Shown: one piece after another, positions 63,013 to 64,000 of the stretch
How positions within the stretch are numbered: the stretch's first letter is position 1
How the letters are laid out: the number at the start of each line of letters is the position of its first letter
NCBI GenBank assembly: GCA_030149205.1
Contig: JASBSB010000001.1
Location: 134,357-198,356 of the forward strand
Length of the DNA: 64,000 nucleotides
From: Candidatus Heimdallarchaeota archaeon
Lineage (GTDB): Archaea; Asgardarchaeota; Heimdallarchaeia; Heimdallarchaeales; Kariarchaeaceae
Direction: 5' to 3'
The notes under the pieces: generated by a model
Databases searched by the model: none
Seen by the model: only the letters and a program-made list of their open reading frames with translations
Told to the model about the DNA's origin: nothing
Made by a program: the position numbers and the translations under genes

Positions 63013-64000
63013 ATGGTCAGAGACTTAATCGAAAGAGTGAAAAATTTTTATTCCTCTGAGCACCCATTCTCCGAATTAACACTTTCTGAGTTTGATATTC
63101 AATTAAAGGCAGCCTTTGAAACCAGACAATACTTCTCTTTAGGAAAGAATTCTGTTGTGGTTCCGGGATGGATACTTGAGCAACTTGCCCCTGGTGGAAA
63201 GGCAAAGCATGGTTTAGCTGCACTGCCAATCATTTCAAACAATGAGTATAGAGATTACTATGCGGTGGGGTCTCCTGATTCTAGTATTGAACCTGTAATA
63301 GACCATAGAGGAGGTATAATCCCAAAACCTGACTCCTACACTCTCGTTGTAGGGACAATTGTAAATGATAAACCAATTTACTCCTCTGAAGCAGGTAAAA
63401 TTGATATTCAGCTCCATGATGACGGATTCCCTATAGTCATGGTGAATTGGAAAGTTGACGGAGATGAATGCTCGTATGAATGTGTTGCAGACAGAGATGA
63501 AGAAGGAGTAGAGACTCTCGCTATCAATGTTGTTAGAGGTTTTGCTAATCACCAACTACTTCTGACACTCACACCACTTGATCAGGTGAAACTTACAAGG
63601 GTTGAGACCCTTGAATGGATGGATAAGTCCCAGACATTAATTGTCAATGGGAAAGCACAAATCAAAGTTTCAGAAAAGCCCCTCAACGCTGTTGCATTAC
63701 CTATTGAAAGAGGTCATGCTGGAAGGTGGGTCAATAAGCTTGAACCATCACACGTAGCGACTTGTAAATCTCAAGCTGCTTCGTGGGCCGTAAGGTTTCC
63801 TGTAAGAACCAGAGTTTCAATTCTTGTTAACTTGACTGAGGGACAAGAATTTGAGATGGTTGACTCTGATGATGTAGAGGATAAATGGATAGAGGAGATT
63901 GAAAACTTTCCAATAATCCACACTGGAGACCCTTTAGTTGACACTTTGTTTAAGAATAGTGCAATAACACTGAGATTACTCCTCGATAAAATCAATGATG
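63013..64000 (+). CDS. 5' part of an unlisted ORF running off the 3' end of the window (unknown product)
   Basis: Hand translation from the ATG at 63013 (MVRDLIERVKNFYSSEHPFSELTL...) is stop-free for 329 codons to the window edge. The three minus-strand track ORFs in this interval are short and low-complexity, consistent with antisense shadows. Confidence 0.6.
   Translation, partial: MVRDLIERVKNFYSSEHPFSELTLSEFDIQLKAAFETRQYFSLGKNSVVVPGWILEQLAPGGKAKHGLAALPIISNNEYRDYYAVGSPDSSIEPVIDHRGGIIPKPDSYTLVVGTIVNDKPIYSSEAGKIDIQLHDDGFPIVMVNWKVDGDECSYECVADRDEEGVETLAINVVRGFANHQLLLTLTPLDQVKLTRVETLEWMDKSQTLIVNGKAQIKVSEKPLNAVALPIERGHAGRWVNKLEPSHVATCKSQAASWAVRFPVRTRVSILVNLTEGQEFEMVDSDDVEDKWIEEIENFPIIHTGDPLVDTLFKNSAITLRLLLDKIND

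Noticed and set aside
63017-63995. Three minus-strand ORFs (70, 106 and 74 aa) listed in the track
   Set aside because: They are fragmented and compositionally odd. They lie antisense to a single uninterrupted plus-strand ORF starting at 63013.

Overview
This is an AT-rich archaeal chromosome segment, densely coding on both strands. It carries core archaeal information-processing genes: TBP, TFE, RNA polymerase subunits K and P, aIF1/SUI1, class I LysRS, GlyRS, MetAP2 and a thermosome. It also carries two Rab/Ras-like small GTPases, a RING-like zinc finger fused to an NfeD protein beside a flotillin, and Roadblock/longin-like candidates. Together these point, by inference only, to an Asgard (Lokiarchaeia-like) genome. 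I recognised no rRNA, tRNA, CRISPR array or transposase. The stand-out region is the visibly more AT-rich left end (about 0.5-8.6 kb). It holds a five-gene, translationally coupled minus-strand operon encoding, in order: a DUF4297/Cap4-like nuclease, a wHTH protein, a long Argonaute whose RDG catalytic strand reads KNG, a second strongly diverged MID-PIWI-like protein, and a Cas4-like Fe-S PD-(D/E)xK nuclease. A DUF4238-like gene sits next to the operon. I know of no described pAgo system with this composition, so it is my candidate for the undescribed system. All domain calls are by-eye motif reading and need profile or structure confirmation. Other notable items:
- a 27-bp (9-aa PNLDGKPSV) tandem array inside an epimerase-like gene;
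- a Nop2/Sun-like protein that has lost both catalytic cysteines;
- a Cys-free LanC-like exoprotein;
- split larE / larB-larC genes plus a CbiM-CbiQ fusion transporter;
- two genes (aIF1 and a Zn-ribbon protein) whose conserved N-termini lie upstream of any canonical start codon;
- two ORFs missing from the supplied track (rpoP, and an ORF open at the 3' edge).
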